A DNA stretch of 64,000 nt from an uncultured Verrucomicrobiae bacterium (GTDB lineage: Bacteria; Verrucomicrobiota; Verrucomicrobiia; Palsa-1439), in NCBI GenBank assembly GCA_963812605.1, contig CAWEWF010000014.1, positions 352,001 to 416,000 of the forward strand, written 5' to 3'. The notes below the pieces were generated by a model that saw only the letters and a list, made by a program, of their open reading frames with translations, ran no database searches and was not told the origin of the DNA. The position numbers and the translations under genes are program-made. Position 1 is the stretch's first letter. Each line of letters starts with the position of its first letter. Positions 39,770 to 50,143 of this stretch are shown one piece after another.

Positions 39770-41980
39770 TTAGGGGGAAAGCGGCACTGCCGAGAAACCG
39801 TAGGACGAGATCTCAGCTTCCACTCCCGCGGGCATCGCGATGATAAACGTCTCCGCATAGTATCGATTCGTTTGCCACCGTGCAATGGGCCAGACACCTT
39901 GTCCGAGCGGTTGGAATTCCGTTGTATAGTTTTCACCGTTCGCAGGATTGCTTCCCAGATGAGCGACACAACGCACGGCGACATCGATATTGGTTTGCCG
40001 GGCGATGGCAAAAAATGCCGTCATGCCAACGCGATCCATCCCGGCTTCCGGCAGCCCCGGCAGCGCGCCTTGTGTAATCCCGACAACGTGGACGCCGTTG
40101 CCCAAATCCATCGGTGAAGGGATGGTGGCCGCGGGCAATTTGTCTCGTTCGACGAGTTTCTGCGCGTCCAATGTCGCGCCGGAGCGCGCGTAAAGCAGCA
40201 ATCCATCCTCGACCGCCGCCAGATGGAGACGCGGGTTGGCTTCAACCTCATGCTGGGTATCGCGGAGTCCCTGCAGCCAGGTAAGCTCGTCCGTTGCGCC
40301 CCGCCAGGAATCGCGCAAATCAAGAAGCGCGTAGTCGATCTCGTTGGGCACGGGACGGTCGAGATAGAGGTGATGTTGCTTGATAAAATGCGCGGCGACG
40401 CGCTGCGTGGCGAACAACGAGCCGTGCGGATCGATTTGCTCGCCGAAACGCTGGACGAGCCCAAGGCGTCCCGGCCAGAGATTGATCGTCAGCGTATCTT
40501 TGCTCCAGAAGGCGTTTCCGAAAAAGATGGACAGCATGGCGCCCGAGGCAATAATTCCCCACAGCACCGCTTGGCGGGCCCGGGTTTCGGTGTGCTGCAG
40601 GGAGGACACCAATGCCCAAAACACGACCGGCAAAAGGGCCGCCTGATAGTGATAGCAGATACTCTTCAGTGTTGGATTCAAACAGTCGAACAGGAACGTG
40701 AGGGAGCCGACAAACAGGATCGACGGCCTTCGCAACGGATAGAACAGCAGGGGCGCCAGGAGCGCGACTGCGAAATAGAACGAACGCGCTTCGAAAAGCC
40801 TTCCCCAAAATACGCGAGGTCTGGTCATGGGCGAGAGGAAGATTTCCCAGGTGGTATTGCCCAAATCCGAAAAAAACCGCAACTGCACGTAATTCCCCAA
40901 TTTCATCGAGGGAATGACGAAGGTGGTTACGAGTAGAAAAAATCCGAAGGCAAACACGGTCAGCGCAACGCCGGCGGCCCGCCGGCGCTCGAAGAAGGCC
41001 AAATAAAGACCGAACATCCCGATGGGGATGGCGGCTTCCTCCTTGATCAGCATTGCCCAGATGGCCATTGCCAATGCCCAGCGAGGGCGTCCGCTCAACC
41101 AGCAGGCCAGCGCCACAAAGTACAGCGGCAGGCAAATGTTCCCGAAGTGAAATCCATACGACGCGTTGTAAATGTATTGTGAGGTTGACGGATACACGAG
41201 CCACGCAATCACCAGCAAGACCGCGGCAGTCTTCTCCTGGAAAACCTGGCGGCCGATCCAATAAAGCGGCAGACTCACGCCAAGGATGCAAACAATCTGC
41301 AGCGCAATGATCATTTTCAGGCTCGGCCAGAGCAACCAAAGTGGCGTGAACACCACCAGGCCGGGAAAAAAATGGTCCCAAAACATGGTTTTTGTGGGAT
41401 TGACGCCCAGGAACAATTCATGGGGATTGCAGATGGTGTTGTAGAACAAACTGGCGTGTTCGCCGCAGTCCGCATAACCCAAGGCCAGGTTGTTCCAGTA
41501 GTGCACCTGTTGCCAGAAATAAAAGACGGCCAGCAGTAGCACGCTGATCCACACGCCCGCGCCCAGAAACTTTGCCGCCCGGCTCGGGCGGCCTGTTCCC
41601 CATTTGGACCATGCTGCGATCGCGTAACCGAACACGGTGCAAAAAAGGAGCATGTCATAACACTGAAGTGAAACGCCGGCCGCAATTTTGATCAGGATGA
41701 AAGCCGAGACAACACTCAGGGGAATTGACGACCATAAGATCCGTCGCCACAGGACGCGCTGCCGGGGCAACCAAACCACACAGACAACCGCAGTCACGAG
41801 GCCCAGGGCGCACCAAACAAACTCGACTGTACCGCGAATGAGCGGCCGCGCGCTGTAGGTCTCGGGTGAATATCGATATCCCAACAGCAGCCAGAAAGCG
41901 GTTGTATTGGCGACCGTGATTGCGACGAGCCCGAACAGCCAGAAAAAAGAGGGGTTCGTTTTGCTGTGATCCGCTTGCAT
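39770..41980 (-). CDS. DUF2079-like membrane protein (GT-C)
   Basis: D.G...., DHF.P, GFH, KEE, YHYQA; many TMs. Confidence 0.7.
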   Translation of the reverse strand: MQADHSKTNPSFFWLFGLVAITVANTTAFWLLLGYRYSPETYSARPLIRGTVEFVWCALGLVTAVVCVVWLPRQRVLWRRILWSSIPLSVVSAFILIKIAAGVSLQCYDMLLFCTVFGYAIAAWSKWGTGRPSRAAKFLGAGVWISVLLLAVFYFWQQVHYWNNLALGYADCGEHASLFYNTICNPHELFLGVNPTKTMFWDHFFPGLVVFTPLWLLWPSLKMIIALQIVCILGVSLPLYWIGRQVFQEKTAAVLLVIAWLVYPSTSQYIYNASYGFHFGNICLPLYFVALACWLSGRPRWALAMAIWAMLIKEEAAIPIGMFGLYLAFFERRRAAGVALTVFAFGFFLLVTTFVIPSMKLGNYVQLRFFSDLGNTTWEIFLSPMTRPRVFWGRLFEARSFYFAVALLAPLLFYPLRRPSILFVGSLTFLFDCLNPTLKSICYHYQAALLPVVFWALVSSLQHTETRARQAVLWGIIASGAMLSIFFGNAFWSKDTLTINLWPGRLGLVQRFGEQIDPHGSLFATQRVAAHFIKQHHLYLDRPVPNEIDYALLDLRDSWRGATDELTWLQGLRDTQHEVEANPRLHLAAVEDGLLLYARSGATLDAQKLVERDKLPAATIPSPMDLGNGVHVVGITQGALPGLPEAGMDRVGMTAFFAIARQTNIDVAVRCVAHLGSNPANGENYTTEFQPLGQGVWPIARWQTNRYYAETFIIAMPAGVEAEISSYGFSAVPLSP

Positions 41981-42071
41981 GAAGTGGAGTTGAAGCTTAC
42001 GATTCCAGGGCCATCGACTTCAAGACTTGAAAACCCCGGCAGTGGCTGATAGTCTGCGGCCCGCTTGTGAA

Positions 42072-42148
42072 GGGCGTGTAGTTCAGTTGGCTAGAACGTT
42101 CGGATCACACCCGAAAGGTCACAGGTTCGAGTCCTGTCACGCCCACCA
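42072..42148 (+). tRNA. tRNA-Val(CAC)
   Basis: Acceptor GGGCGTG/CACGCCC, anticodon arm TTCGG-ATCACAC-CCGAA, T loop TTCGAGT, encoded CCA. Confidence 0.93.
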
Positions 42149-42155
42149 TTTTTCG

Positions 42156-43316
42156 ATGCGGCCACTTGCCTTACGACCGTTATGGATCTGTCTCCTCGTC
42201 GCGCTCGCTGCGCGCCTGGTGTTTGCCTTCGGCTTGTTTCCAATCCTGCAACAACGCTGGCACCTGCGGGAAGACGGCGACGGTTATGGTTCGATCGCGC
42301 AAACGATCCGCGAGGGACACTATGACGACGTCACCCGTGGCCCCGTCTATCCCGTGTTCCTGGCGGTGGCGGGTTCGCCGGCGATGGCGAAGTTTTTACA
42401 GGCGCTGTTGGACACCGTGACGTGCGGCCTGGTGTTTTTGCTGGCGCACCGAAATTGGAAGGCAGCAGCCTTGTGGGCAATTTACCCCTTCGCGATCTGG
42501 CGCGTGGCGTTTATCGGCAAGGAAGTCGTGGCGACGACATTGTTGGTGAGTTACGTGGCCTTGCAATTGGTGGCCCTGCGCAATGGCAAGACCTGGGCGT
42601 GGCTGGCGGCTGGTGGTTTCCTCGCCTTGGTGAACTTGTGCAAACCCACATTACTGGCATGGCCGCTTGTCGTCCTGGCGCTGGTGTTCCTGCATCGCGT
42701 GCCGCTCGCCCGCGTCGCCGCGTTGTTGGCCGGCATGGTCGTCCTGATTGCTCCGTGGACCTGGCGCAACGAGATCGTGACGCACGGCGCCTTTCTTCCT
42801 GTCGCCACTGAGCAAGGTGGTGTCACGACGTTTATCGGGAATTATCAGCCGACACTCGGGCTGTGGGAGGGACCGGGCAAAGCGATGTGGGTGCAGGCCG
42901 TGGAGGAGATAAAACTGCAACATCCCAGCGCGTCGGTTGTCGAACTTGACCATGTGTTCTATGCGGCCGCCTGGCAGCAGATCATCCGGGATCCGCTAAA
43001 GGCCGCGGAGATTTGCCTTCGCAAGTGCGGTCGCTTCTGGTTCCTCGCAGCGAAACGGCGGGAAGAGTTTGGCTCGGTCCTCATCCAGCTCGCCTATTTG
43101 GCGGCGCTGGGAATTGGCTTGCGGCGGCGCTGGCCGTGGGATCTTGAGACGGTGCTGATGCTGGCGCTCATCGTGTATGTGATGCTGATCCACGCGTTGG
43201 CGTATGCGGACTTGAGATTCAGCTTGTACGTGATGCCCTTTGTCTGCGTGCTGGCCGGCGGACTGTTTCAAACCAGGGAACGCAACACGGAATTGACAGC
43301 CGTTGCGGCGCCCTGA
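42156..43316 (+). CDS. ArnT/GT39-like membrane glycosyltransferase
   Basis: DGDGY, RGPVYP.FLA, LCKP, IAPWTWRN, FIGN; many TMs. Confidence 0.75.
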   Translation: MRPLALRPLWICLLVALAARLVFAFGLFPILQQRWHLREDGDGYGSIAQTIREGHYDDVTRGPVYPVFLAVAGSPAMAKFLQALLDTVTCGLVFLLAHRNWKAAALWAIYPFAIWRVAFIGKEVVATTLLVSYVALQLVALRNGKTWAWLAAGGFLALVNLCKPTLLAWPLVVLALVFLHRVPLARVAALLAGMVVLIAPWTWRNEIVTHGAFLPVATEQGGVTTFIGNYQPTLGLWEGPGKAMWVQAVEEIKLQHPSASVVELDHVFYAAAWQQIIRDPLKAAEICLRKCGRFWFLAAKRREEFGSVLIQLAYLAALGIGLRRRWPWDLETVLMLALIVYVMLIHALAYADLRFSLYVMPFVCVLAGGLFQTRERNTELTAVAAP

Positions 43317-44305
43317 ACGGTGAAACTCTTTTCAACGGCTTCGCGTCCGGCGGCGCCGAACCGTTGTCGCTGGCCCGGATCGGCAATCAAGGTGCGCAGG
43401 GCAATTGTCCACTCTTCCGTGTTCCTTGCCAGAAAACCGTTCACGCCATGCGCGAGGATTTGGGCATTTACACCGACCGGGGACGCGACCACAGGGATAC
43501 CGCAGGCCATGTATTGAAGAATTTTCACGCCGCATTTGCCGTGCTCCCAGGGCGCGTCTGGCAAGGGTGCGATACCAACGCCGAATTGCGCCAACTCCTC
43601 CATTTCCGTTTCGAGCCGCCAGGGACGGAACTCGGTTGCGAAGCCAAGCTGCGTCGGATCGCCGGACGCGACGATGCGTGGTTTGATGCCCAGCGTCTCA
43701 AAAACCGCCTTTAAAGGTTTGAGATAAGGCAGGGTGGTGCGACTGCCGATCCAGCCGACCACATCCGAGTTTGCGGCGGATCTATAAGCCGCAAGGTCAA
43801 TCGAACTGGGCACGATGGTTACGCGACGATTGAAGCGGGTCGCGTAATCGGCCAGAAAATTGTTGCCCGCGATAACCGCCGCTGCACGTCGCAGGATATC
43901 TTGCACGGCAGCCTCACGGTGCAACGCACGCAACACCCGTGAACCCCCGACACGCGGCAACCAGATCGCGTCGTCGAAATCGAAGACGACCGGTTTGCGC
44001 GCGGCTATTTTTCGTTCAAAGCCGGAGTACAAACCCGGGAAGACCCCTTTTTGCACGAACACCGCATCAAATTCGTCCACACGCCGCAGGTCGTCACGCC
44101 GTTGTCGCCAGGCGGCCAAAAAAGCCGCGCGGCGGGAGGCGCGCCCTCTCGAATCGAGGTAGAGGCCGCGATAGAGCGCGTCGTCAATCGCGGGTGAGAC
44201 TTCGCCGGCGATGCCGAGCTTCTGCAACCAGGGCAGCAACTGATAAACGCGGTAGCGGCTGGAGGGACCAAGCGCGCTGGTTTGCGTGAGAAAAAGGACC
44301 TTCAC
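43268..44305 (-). CDS. GT4 glycosyltransferase
   Basis: SSRYRV, FDFDDAI, GWIGS, K..QYMACG.PVVASPVG. Confidence 0.9.
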   Translation of the reverse strand: MKVLFLTQTSALGPSSRYRVYQLLPWLQKLGIAGEVSPAIDDALYRGLYLDSRGRASRRAAFLAAWRQRRDDLRRVDEFDAVFVQKGVFPGLYSGFERKIAARKPVVFDFDDAIWLPRVGGSRVLRALHREAAVQDILRRAAAVIAGNNFLADYATRFNRRVTIVPSSIDLAAYRSAANSDVVGWIGSRTTLPYLKPLKAVFETLGIKPRIVASGDPTQLGFATEFRPWRLETEMEELAQFGVGIAPLPDAPWEHGKCGVKILQYMACGIPVVASPVGVNAQILAHGVNGFLARNTEEWTIALRTLIADPGQRQRFGAAGREAVEKSFTVQGAATAVNSVLRSLV

Positions 44306-45183
44306 AGTTTCCAGGCGTACTTGGCGATCGACCAGTAGTCACGCTGACCAAACATCACGCGAGTAAACGCGGCAACTTGGACAAAGAACCGCAGAACCGG
44401 CAGTTGCCAGGGGGGATAGTGTTTGCGATAGAAGGCAAACAGGCTGCGGTAGCGATGGCCGAGGGCATTGCGTGGATCGATCTTGCTGCTCTCGCCGCCA
44501 AGATGCGTGACGGTGGCGTTCGCGACAAACACGACGCGCCAGCCGGTTTGGTGCAGCCGTCGGCACAAATCCACTTCCTCGAAATAAAGGAAGAACCGCT
44601 CGTCGAGAAGGCCGATGTGTTCAAGCGCCTGGCGGCGCAGGAGCAGGCAGGAACCCATCAGTTGATCAACCTCGCGGGTTTCATCGTGTTCCCAGCCGTG
44701 CATTCGATACTTGGCCAGGCGTCGGCTGCGCGCAAACAAACGGCCCAGCCCCAGTTCGTCGCAAATCATCGCCCCGAGTGTTGGGAATCGGCGACAGGAC
44801 GGTTGCAGGGAGCCGTCGGTATTGAGCACGCGCGGCCCGCAAGCGCCGATGTCCGGCTGCGCCCGCATGGTGTCCGTAAGTTTTTGCAATGCCGCCCGCT
44901 TCAGCAGGGTGTCAGGGTTCAATAACAGGATGAAATCCGAGGCGGACGCCCGGATCCCCTGGTTGCAAGCCGCGGCAAAACCGTAGTTTCCGGTGTTTTG
45001 AAGAAGTTGGACCTCGGGAAAATCACGCGCGATCATCTCGGCCGTATCGTCGGTCGAGGCGTTATCGACGACGAAAATAGGCGGTGTGTCGCCTTCCGCA
45101 GTCAGTTTGAGCAGGCACGCCTGCAACGCCGGGCGGCAGTTGTAACTGACAATGACGATGGTGACCGGCAGGGCGTTGTTCAT
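44302..45183 (-). CDS. GT2 glycosyltransferase (WbbL-like)
   Basis: IVSYN, VDNAS.D, N.GFAAACNQG, LLNPD, FFLYFEEVDLC. Confidence 0.92.
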   Translation of the reverse strand: MNNALPVTIVIVSYNCRPALQACLLKLTAEGDTPPIFVVDNASTDDTAEMIARDFPEVQLLQNTGNYGFAAACNQGIRASASDFILLLNPDTLLKRAALQKLTDTMRAQPDIGACGPRVLNTDGSLQPSCRRFPTLGAMICDELGLGRLFARSRRLAKYRMHGWEHDETREVDQLMGSCLLLRRQALEHIGLLDERFFLYFEEVDLCRRLHQTGWRVVFVANATVTHLGGESSKIDPRNALGHRYRSLFAFYRKHYPPWQLPVLRFFVQVAAFTRVMFGQRDYWSIAKYAWKL

Positions 45184-46214
45184 GGTTTCCTTGCGTGTAG
45201 GACGCATTCTTCACCAGAAAATGGGTTCGCTGCATATGCCAGACGGGCGCGCAATTGCCACCAGAGCCCGACGCCTTGTATCCCGGGGCTATTGGCCGGC
45301 CGATTGTGCCGTAGGAACAAACTGCCCGCGGCGACGCTGAACGCATTGGCCGCGCTCGTCCGGCAGTGCACATCACGAAACCCGGCGCGTTCCGCTGCCT
45401 GGGTCAGTGTTCGGCGGCAGAATAGATGCAAATGACGGGGCGGATCGAGTGCCCGCCAATTCGCGCCAAAGCGACGGTGCAGGTAACTATCCACATTCGG
45501 CGTGACAACGATGAGGTCTCCCCCCGCACGAAGGAGTCGGTAGCTCTCGGTTAACAATCCAACCGGGTCAGGGACATGTTCGATGACATGATTCATTGCT
45601 ACTGCGTCGAAGCTGTTCTCGGTAAAGCCGGCGTCTTCCACCGGAGCGACCACGACGAGCAGATTATACGTCTTCCGCGCGACTTCCGCCGCGAGCGAAT
45701 CCACCTCCTGGCCGCACACGTCCCAACCGCGGTCTCGCAACCGGGCGAGCCTCGCGCCCGCGCCGCAGCCGATTTCCAGCAGTCGGCCGGCGGGTGTCTG
45801 GTCCAGATACAAGGATCGTGATCGTTCCCGTTCTCGATCGATCCCCATGAGAGACAATGCCGTGCGCAAGGCTACACGTTCGAGCCGGCGACGCACGCTG
45901 GGCGAAGACAACTCGTCGGTATGCGTGCAGTAGGTCTCATACGCTTTCGGTAGATCCTCCGCCAGGGGCATGGGATCGAGCCACCACAAACCGCAAGTGG
46001 AATTCAGGCAACGCTTGAAATTCCAACGGCCGGGCGCGCCAAAAAAACGGTCAGACAAATCAGTGTACATGTTCTTGCTTGCGCTTTCGCATAATGGGCA
46101 ACGGGTCAGGGAACGACTGCGGATTTCCCTCGGGTCGTTTGCGGCAGTCATTGTCGCCTGATCGCCCGCCGGCGAAATGGACGATCCCATTGCATCTACC
46201 GCTCCTTCCGCCAA
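45180..46214 (-). CDS. Class I SAM methyltransferase with N-terminal Zn ribbon
   Basis: CPLC, C...CG, LEIGCGAG, HVIEHV.DP, PRHL. Confidence 0.88.
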   Translation of the reverse strand: MAEGAVDAMGSSISPAGDQATMTAANDPREIRSRSLTRCPLCESASKNMYTDLSDRFFGAPGRWNFKRCLNSTCGLWWLDPMPLAEDLPKAYETYCTHTDELSSPSVRRRLERVALRTALSLMGIDRERERSRSLYLDQTPAGRLLEIGCGAGARLARLRDRGWDVCGQEVDSLAAEVARKTYNLLVVVAPVEDAGFTENSFDAVAMNHVIEHVPDPVGLLTESYRLLRAGGDLIVVTPNVDSYLHRRFGANWRALDPPRHLHLFCRRTLTQAAERAGFRDVHCRTSAANAFSVAAGSLFLRHNRPANSPGIQGVGLWWQLRARLAYAANPFSGEECVLHARKP

Positions 46215-47044
46215 AACGCGCCGGTCCAGTCGACATGCTGAAGCGGAACCTTGATTCCTTGTTGCTTGCGAAAATCATCGATGGCCAGTCGACAGCCGGG
46301 AAGCCCGTAATCGTCAATGACGCAGAACCCGCCGACGGATAATTTCGGATATAAATGGGTCAGTACGTCCATGGTGGATTGATACATATCACCATCCAGC
46401 CGCATTACCGAGAGCTTCTCGATGGGAGCGGTTGGCAATGTGTCCTTGAACCAGCCTTCCAGGAAGACGACCTGCTTGTCCAGGAGGCCGTATTTCGCGA
46501 AGTTGCGTTCGACTTCCTCCCGGGAAACAGCCAGATAGGAAACGGTGAAGAGTTTGTCCGGTCCGTCCTGTGGATACTTTTCCTTATCGGGCTTGGGCAG
46601 TCCTTTGAAGGAATCCGCCACGAAGACCCGCCGATCCGAAACCGCGTAGGCCAGCAGGATGGATCGCATAAAAATACAGGATCCTCCCCGCCAGACGCCG
46701 GTTTCAATCAGGTCCCCGGGAATTCCGTCGTGGAGCACGGTTTCAACGCAAAATTGAAGATTGTCCAGCCGCTTCTGGCCAACCATGGTGTCCGCGAGCA
46801 CCGGCCAAATCCGCCCTTCCTCCTTCGCGTTCTCGCTGGCGGGTCTTCGAACGACTTCCAATCCCGCCCAGCGGGCCAATTGGGCTGTTGCGTTAATCAT
46901 TGCGCGCACGACAAACGGGTACCGACGACGAAGATTCAACTCTTCGAGCGGGATTCCTGGATTCTTCCACAATGAAAAAGACAGGGTCTTTTTCATCAGA
47001 TCGAGATAGCGCTCCCGCAAATCGATCGTGTTCATATCAGTCAT
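46196..47044 (-). CDS. TylF/MycF/NovP-family O-methyltransferase
   Basis: TMVG..RL, IETGVWRGG, DSFKGLP, GWF.DTLP, RLDGDMY.ST, IDDY. Confidence 0.93.
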   Translation of the reverse strand: MTDMNTIDLRERYLDLMKKTLSFSLWKNPGIPLEELNLRRRYPFVVRAMINATAQLARWAGLEVVRRPASENAKEEGRIWPVLADTMVGQKRLDNLQFCVETVLHDGIPGDLIETGVWRGGSCIFMRSILLAYAVSDRRVFVADSFKGLPKPDKEKYPQDGPDKLFTVSYLAVSREEVERNFAKYGLLDKQVVFLEGWFKDTLPTAPIEKLSVMRLDGDMYQSTMDVLTHLYPKLSVGGFCVIDDYGLPGCRLAIDDFRKQQGIKVPLQHVDWTGAFWRKER

Positions 47045-47186
47045 GGGTTTTGTTTTTGCGCCATTCAATCGGGGCGTTATGAATACTACCCGACCAATTG
47101 GATCCCGTCCAGCGCTCGCCCAACGGGTAAATAGTTTGATTGACCCGTGTTCGCACCCTTTTGTATGGTACACGGGTGTTATCCTG

Positions 47187-48329
47187 ATGACGAGGCGAAT
47201 TTTATTCCTCTACTTGACGAAGCATTCGGGTCATTACTCGGCTGCGGTGGCGGTTGAATCGGCCATGCGCGGACTCGACGTGCCGCTGGAATCGATGTTG
47301 CTCGATTCCTTCAGCCATGCCAACCCTGTTCTCTCGAAAGTGACCTTGCGGGCGTACCTGGCGGCGCTGAAGACAGCGCCGGAAATCTGGGAGTGGATGT
47401 ACGACAACCCGGAGTTCAAGGTGCGCACGGCGAGAATCCGTGAATTGTTGAATCGCGGCAATTCGCGCAAGTTGCAAAAACTGCTGAAGGAATTCGCTCC
47501 GGATGCCATTGTATGTACGCAGGCGTTTGCCTGCGGAGTGATGGCCTCGTGGAAACGCGCCACGGGACACAAAAAACCTTTGCTCGTGGGTGTGCTGACC
47601 GACTTCGTGGCGCATCGTTACTGGGCGGACCCGAATGTCGATTTGTATGTGGCCCCCAGCGAAGAGACTCGCCAGAAATTGATCGGGCAGGGCGTGCTTC
47701 CCGAACGCGTAAAAGCCTTCGGCATCCCGACCAACGAGCGTTTCCAACAGCCGGTTGACAAGGCCACCGTGATCAAGAATCTCGGCCTGAAGCCGGACCT
47801 GCCGAAAATTCTCGTGATGGGCGGCAGCCTTGGCCTCGGGCCGATGAAATCGGTGATTCGCAAGCTGAACAAACTCCCGCAGCCGTTCGACATTATTGTT
47901 GTCACCGGCAAGAACGAGGAGCTTCAGGACCGGCTGGCGCGCAAAGGCCCCAAGCTGCGCCATACGACGAAGATTTTTGGGTTCGTCGAAAATATCAACG
48001 AGTTGATGGAAATCGCGGAGATGATCATTACCAAACCCGGCGGCATCACGACGGCCGAGGCGCTGGTGAAGAAGCTGCCGATGATCATCATCAACCCGAT
48101 TCCCGGACAGGAAGCGAAAAACACGGAATATCTGCTTTCGCAAAACGTCGCGGTGGAAGCGCAGGACGCCAACGACGTGATGTTGTTCGTCGATGAGTTT
48201 CTCCGCGATCCGCGCAAGCTCTGGACCATGCGCGAGGCCGCCGCAGCGCTGGGCCGTCCCCGGGCCTCCGATCGCGCGGCCCAGGAAATCCTGCAGCTTC
48301 TGGCCACAAAATCCGCTGTTGCCGCATGA
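47187..48329 (+). CDS. MGDG synthase/UgtP-like GT28 glycosyltransferase
   Basis: GH..AA, TDF..H..W, GIP, MGGSLG, TKPGGIT..EA, PIPGQE..N. Confidence 0.88.
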   Translation: MTRRILFLYLTKHSGHYSAAVAVESAMRGLDVPLESMLLDSFSHANPVLSKVTLRAYLAALKTAPEIWEWMYDNPEFKVRTARIRELLNRGNSRKLQKLLKEFAPDAIVCTQAFACGVMASWKRATGHKKPLLVGVLTDFVAHRYWADPNVDLYVAPSEETRQKLIGQGVLPERVKAFGIPTNERFQQPVDKATVIKNLGLKPDLPKILVMGGSLGLGPMKSVIRKLNKLPQPFDIIVVTGKNEELQDRLARKGPKLRHTTKIFGFVENINELMEIAEMIITKPGGITTAEALVKKLPMIIINPIPGQEAKNTEYLLSQNVAVEAQDANDVMLFVDEFLRDPRKLWTMREAAAALGRPRASDRAAQEILQLLATKSAVAA

Positions 48330-49318
48330 AGTACTACTGGCTCAAGCTCGCCGAAGTGCTGGCCCGGCTGCTACCACGCCGCCTGAGCTACGGTGTCGCC
48401 CGCCGCGTGGCGGACCTCTACGTCGTGTTCGATGAGCGCGGCCGCCAGTGCGTTATCTCCAACCTCAAGCAAATCCAGACGAGTAGCGGCGTGGCCTTGT
48501 CCCAGCGCGCCCTGCATTCCCTGGCGCGCGAGAACTTCTTGAACTTCGCCAAGTACCTTGTCGATTTTTTCAAGTTCCTCCGCTGTGACCGCCAGCGCAT
48601 GGACCGCGTTGTCCATTACGGCAATCTGCCGACCGTGCTGGACGGCTTGTTGCAGCAAGGCAAGGGGGTCCTCTTTGTCAGCGCGCATCTGGGCAACTGG
48701 GAACTGGGCGCCGCGGCGCTGGCCGCCCTGGGCTACAAGTTCAATGCCGTGGCGCTCTGGGTGCCCGATCCAAAGCTGAATAACCTTTACCAGCAATATC
48801 GCATGTCCCGCGGGATCCATCCGATTCCCTTTGGCCGCGCCGCCCGCGAGTGCATTGCGGCGCTGCGCCGCAACGAAATCGTGGGCGTGATCGGCGATCG
48901 CGACTTTTCGGCGGCGAATCGCACCGTCGAGTTTTTCGGTCGCCCGGCGCGGTTGCCAGAAGGCCCCGCCAAGCTCGCGCTGGCGACCGGGGCGCCGCTG
49001 TTGCCGACCTTCATGATTCGACTGCCCGACGACACGTTCGCGTATATTGTTGATGAACCCATCTGGGCTGATAAATCCCGGCACAGCGTGGACGACATCA
49101 TGCGGCAGGTTGCCGTGGCCCTGGAGCGCGTCATTCGCCAGCATAGTGAGCAATGGTTCCTTTTCCACGATCTCTGGGACATCGAATCCGACCGCGCGTT
49201 GGCGACGGCTACCGCTTTCGGTACGTCCGCGGCTGATCCCGTGGCTGTGAATCCTGGTCGTAGCGGAGCGGAAAGTGCTGAAAAGATCTCGCGACGACAG
49301 GACAAGACGGGCGCATGA
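48326..49318 (+). CDS. Lipid acyltransferase (LpxL/PatA-like)
   Basis: AHLGNWE, DRD, FFGRPA..P.GPA.LA, EQW. Confidence 0.88.
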   Translation: MKYYWLKLAEVLARLLPRRLSYGVARRVADLYVVFDERGRQCVISNLKQIQTSSGVALSQRALHSLARENFLNFAKYLVDFFKFLRCDRQRMDRVVHYGNLPTVLDGLLQQGKGVLFVSAHLGNWELGAAALAALGYKFNAVALWVPDPKLNNLYQQYRMSRGIHPIPFGRAARECIAALRRNEIVGVIGDRDFSAANRTVEFFGRPARLPEGPAKLALATGAPLLPTFMIRLPDDTFAYIVDEPIWADKSRHSVDDIMRQVAVALERVIRQHSEQWFLFHDLWDIESDRALATATAFGTSAADPVAVNPGRSGAESAEKISRRQDKTGA

Positions 49319-49986
49319 TCCGTCGGGTCATCGCGTTAATCCCCGCCCATAACGAAGCGGCACGGGTCGGTGAAGTTGTCGCCCGGGCGTGCCCGCACGT
49401 GGACGAAGTCATCGTAATCGATGACGGCTCGAACGATGGCACGGCAGCCGTCGCGGAAAAGGCCGGCGCGCGGATTCTCCACCACGAGCAGAACCGCGGG
49501 AAGGGCGGGGCGATTGCCACGGCCCTCGACTATTTCGGACGTTCGGAAGCCGAGTTTGCCGTGCTGCTTGATGCGGACGGCCAGCATGATCCGGCCGAAA
49601 TTACCAGGTTTGTTGAAATGGCGGGCCGCGAACAAGCAGATATTGTCATCGGCAATCGCATGGGCGATACCGCAGGTATGCCCATCGTGCGTCGACTCAC
49701 CAACCAGTTCACTTCATGGGTCACCAGCAAGTTGGCCCGCCAGCGCATTCCCGATAGTCAATGTGGCTATCGTTTGCTGCGACGAAGTGTTCTGAAGGAT
49801 TTGCGGCTCTCGACGGCGCGCTTCGAGACCGAAACCGAAATGCTCGTCCAGGCGGCCCGCGCCGGCCACCGCATCATCAGCATGCCGATCAGTACCATCT
49901 ACGAAAAAGGGCACGCCAGCCACATCCATCCGTTTCGCGACACGATACGGTTTTTCAAGTTTGTGCGGAAATACTGGAAAACCTGA
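49315..49986 (+). CDS. GT2 (DPM-synthase-like) glycosyltransferase
   Basis: PAHNE, DDGS.DGT, N.GKG.A, LDADGQH, DSQCGYR. Confidence 0.92.
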   Translation: MIRRVIALIPAHNEAARVGEVVARACPHVDEVIVIDDGSNDGTAAVAEKAGARILHHEQNRGKGGAIATALDYFGRSEAEFAVLLDADGQHDPAEITRFVEMAGREQADIVIGNRMGDTAGMPIVRRLTNQFTSWVTSKLARQRIPDSQCGYRLLRRSVLKDLRLSTARFETETEMLVQAARAGHRIISMPISTIYEKGHASHIHPFRDTIRFFKFVRKYWKT

Positions 49987-50143
49987 TGATTGAGCCGGTA
50001 GCCGCATGGATCTCATGGAAAGTAGGTGCTTGTCCTAGCCCCAGTCGAGCATAGCGCTGAAGAGATTAAACTTGTCATTCATAAGGAAGATGGCGTAGAA
50101 GACCCGCGGCTGGGTAAAAAACAGAACAAAGGGGAAGAATCTT

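Noticed and set aside
42103-42109. TCA in the tRNA loop suggesting a Sec/opal tRNA
   Set aside because: The 7-nt loop ATCACAC centres on CAC (Val), and there is no long variable arm.
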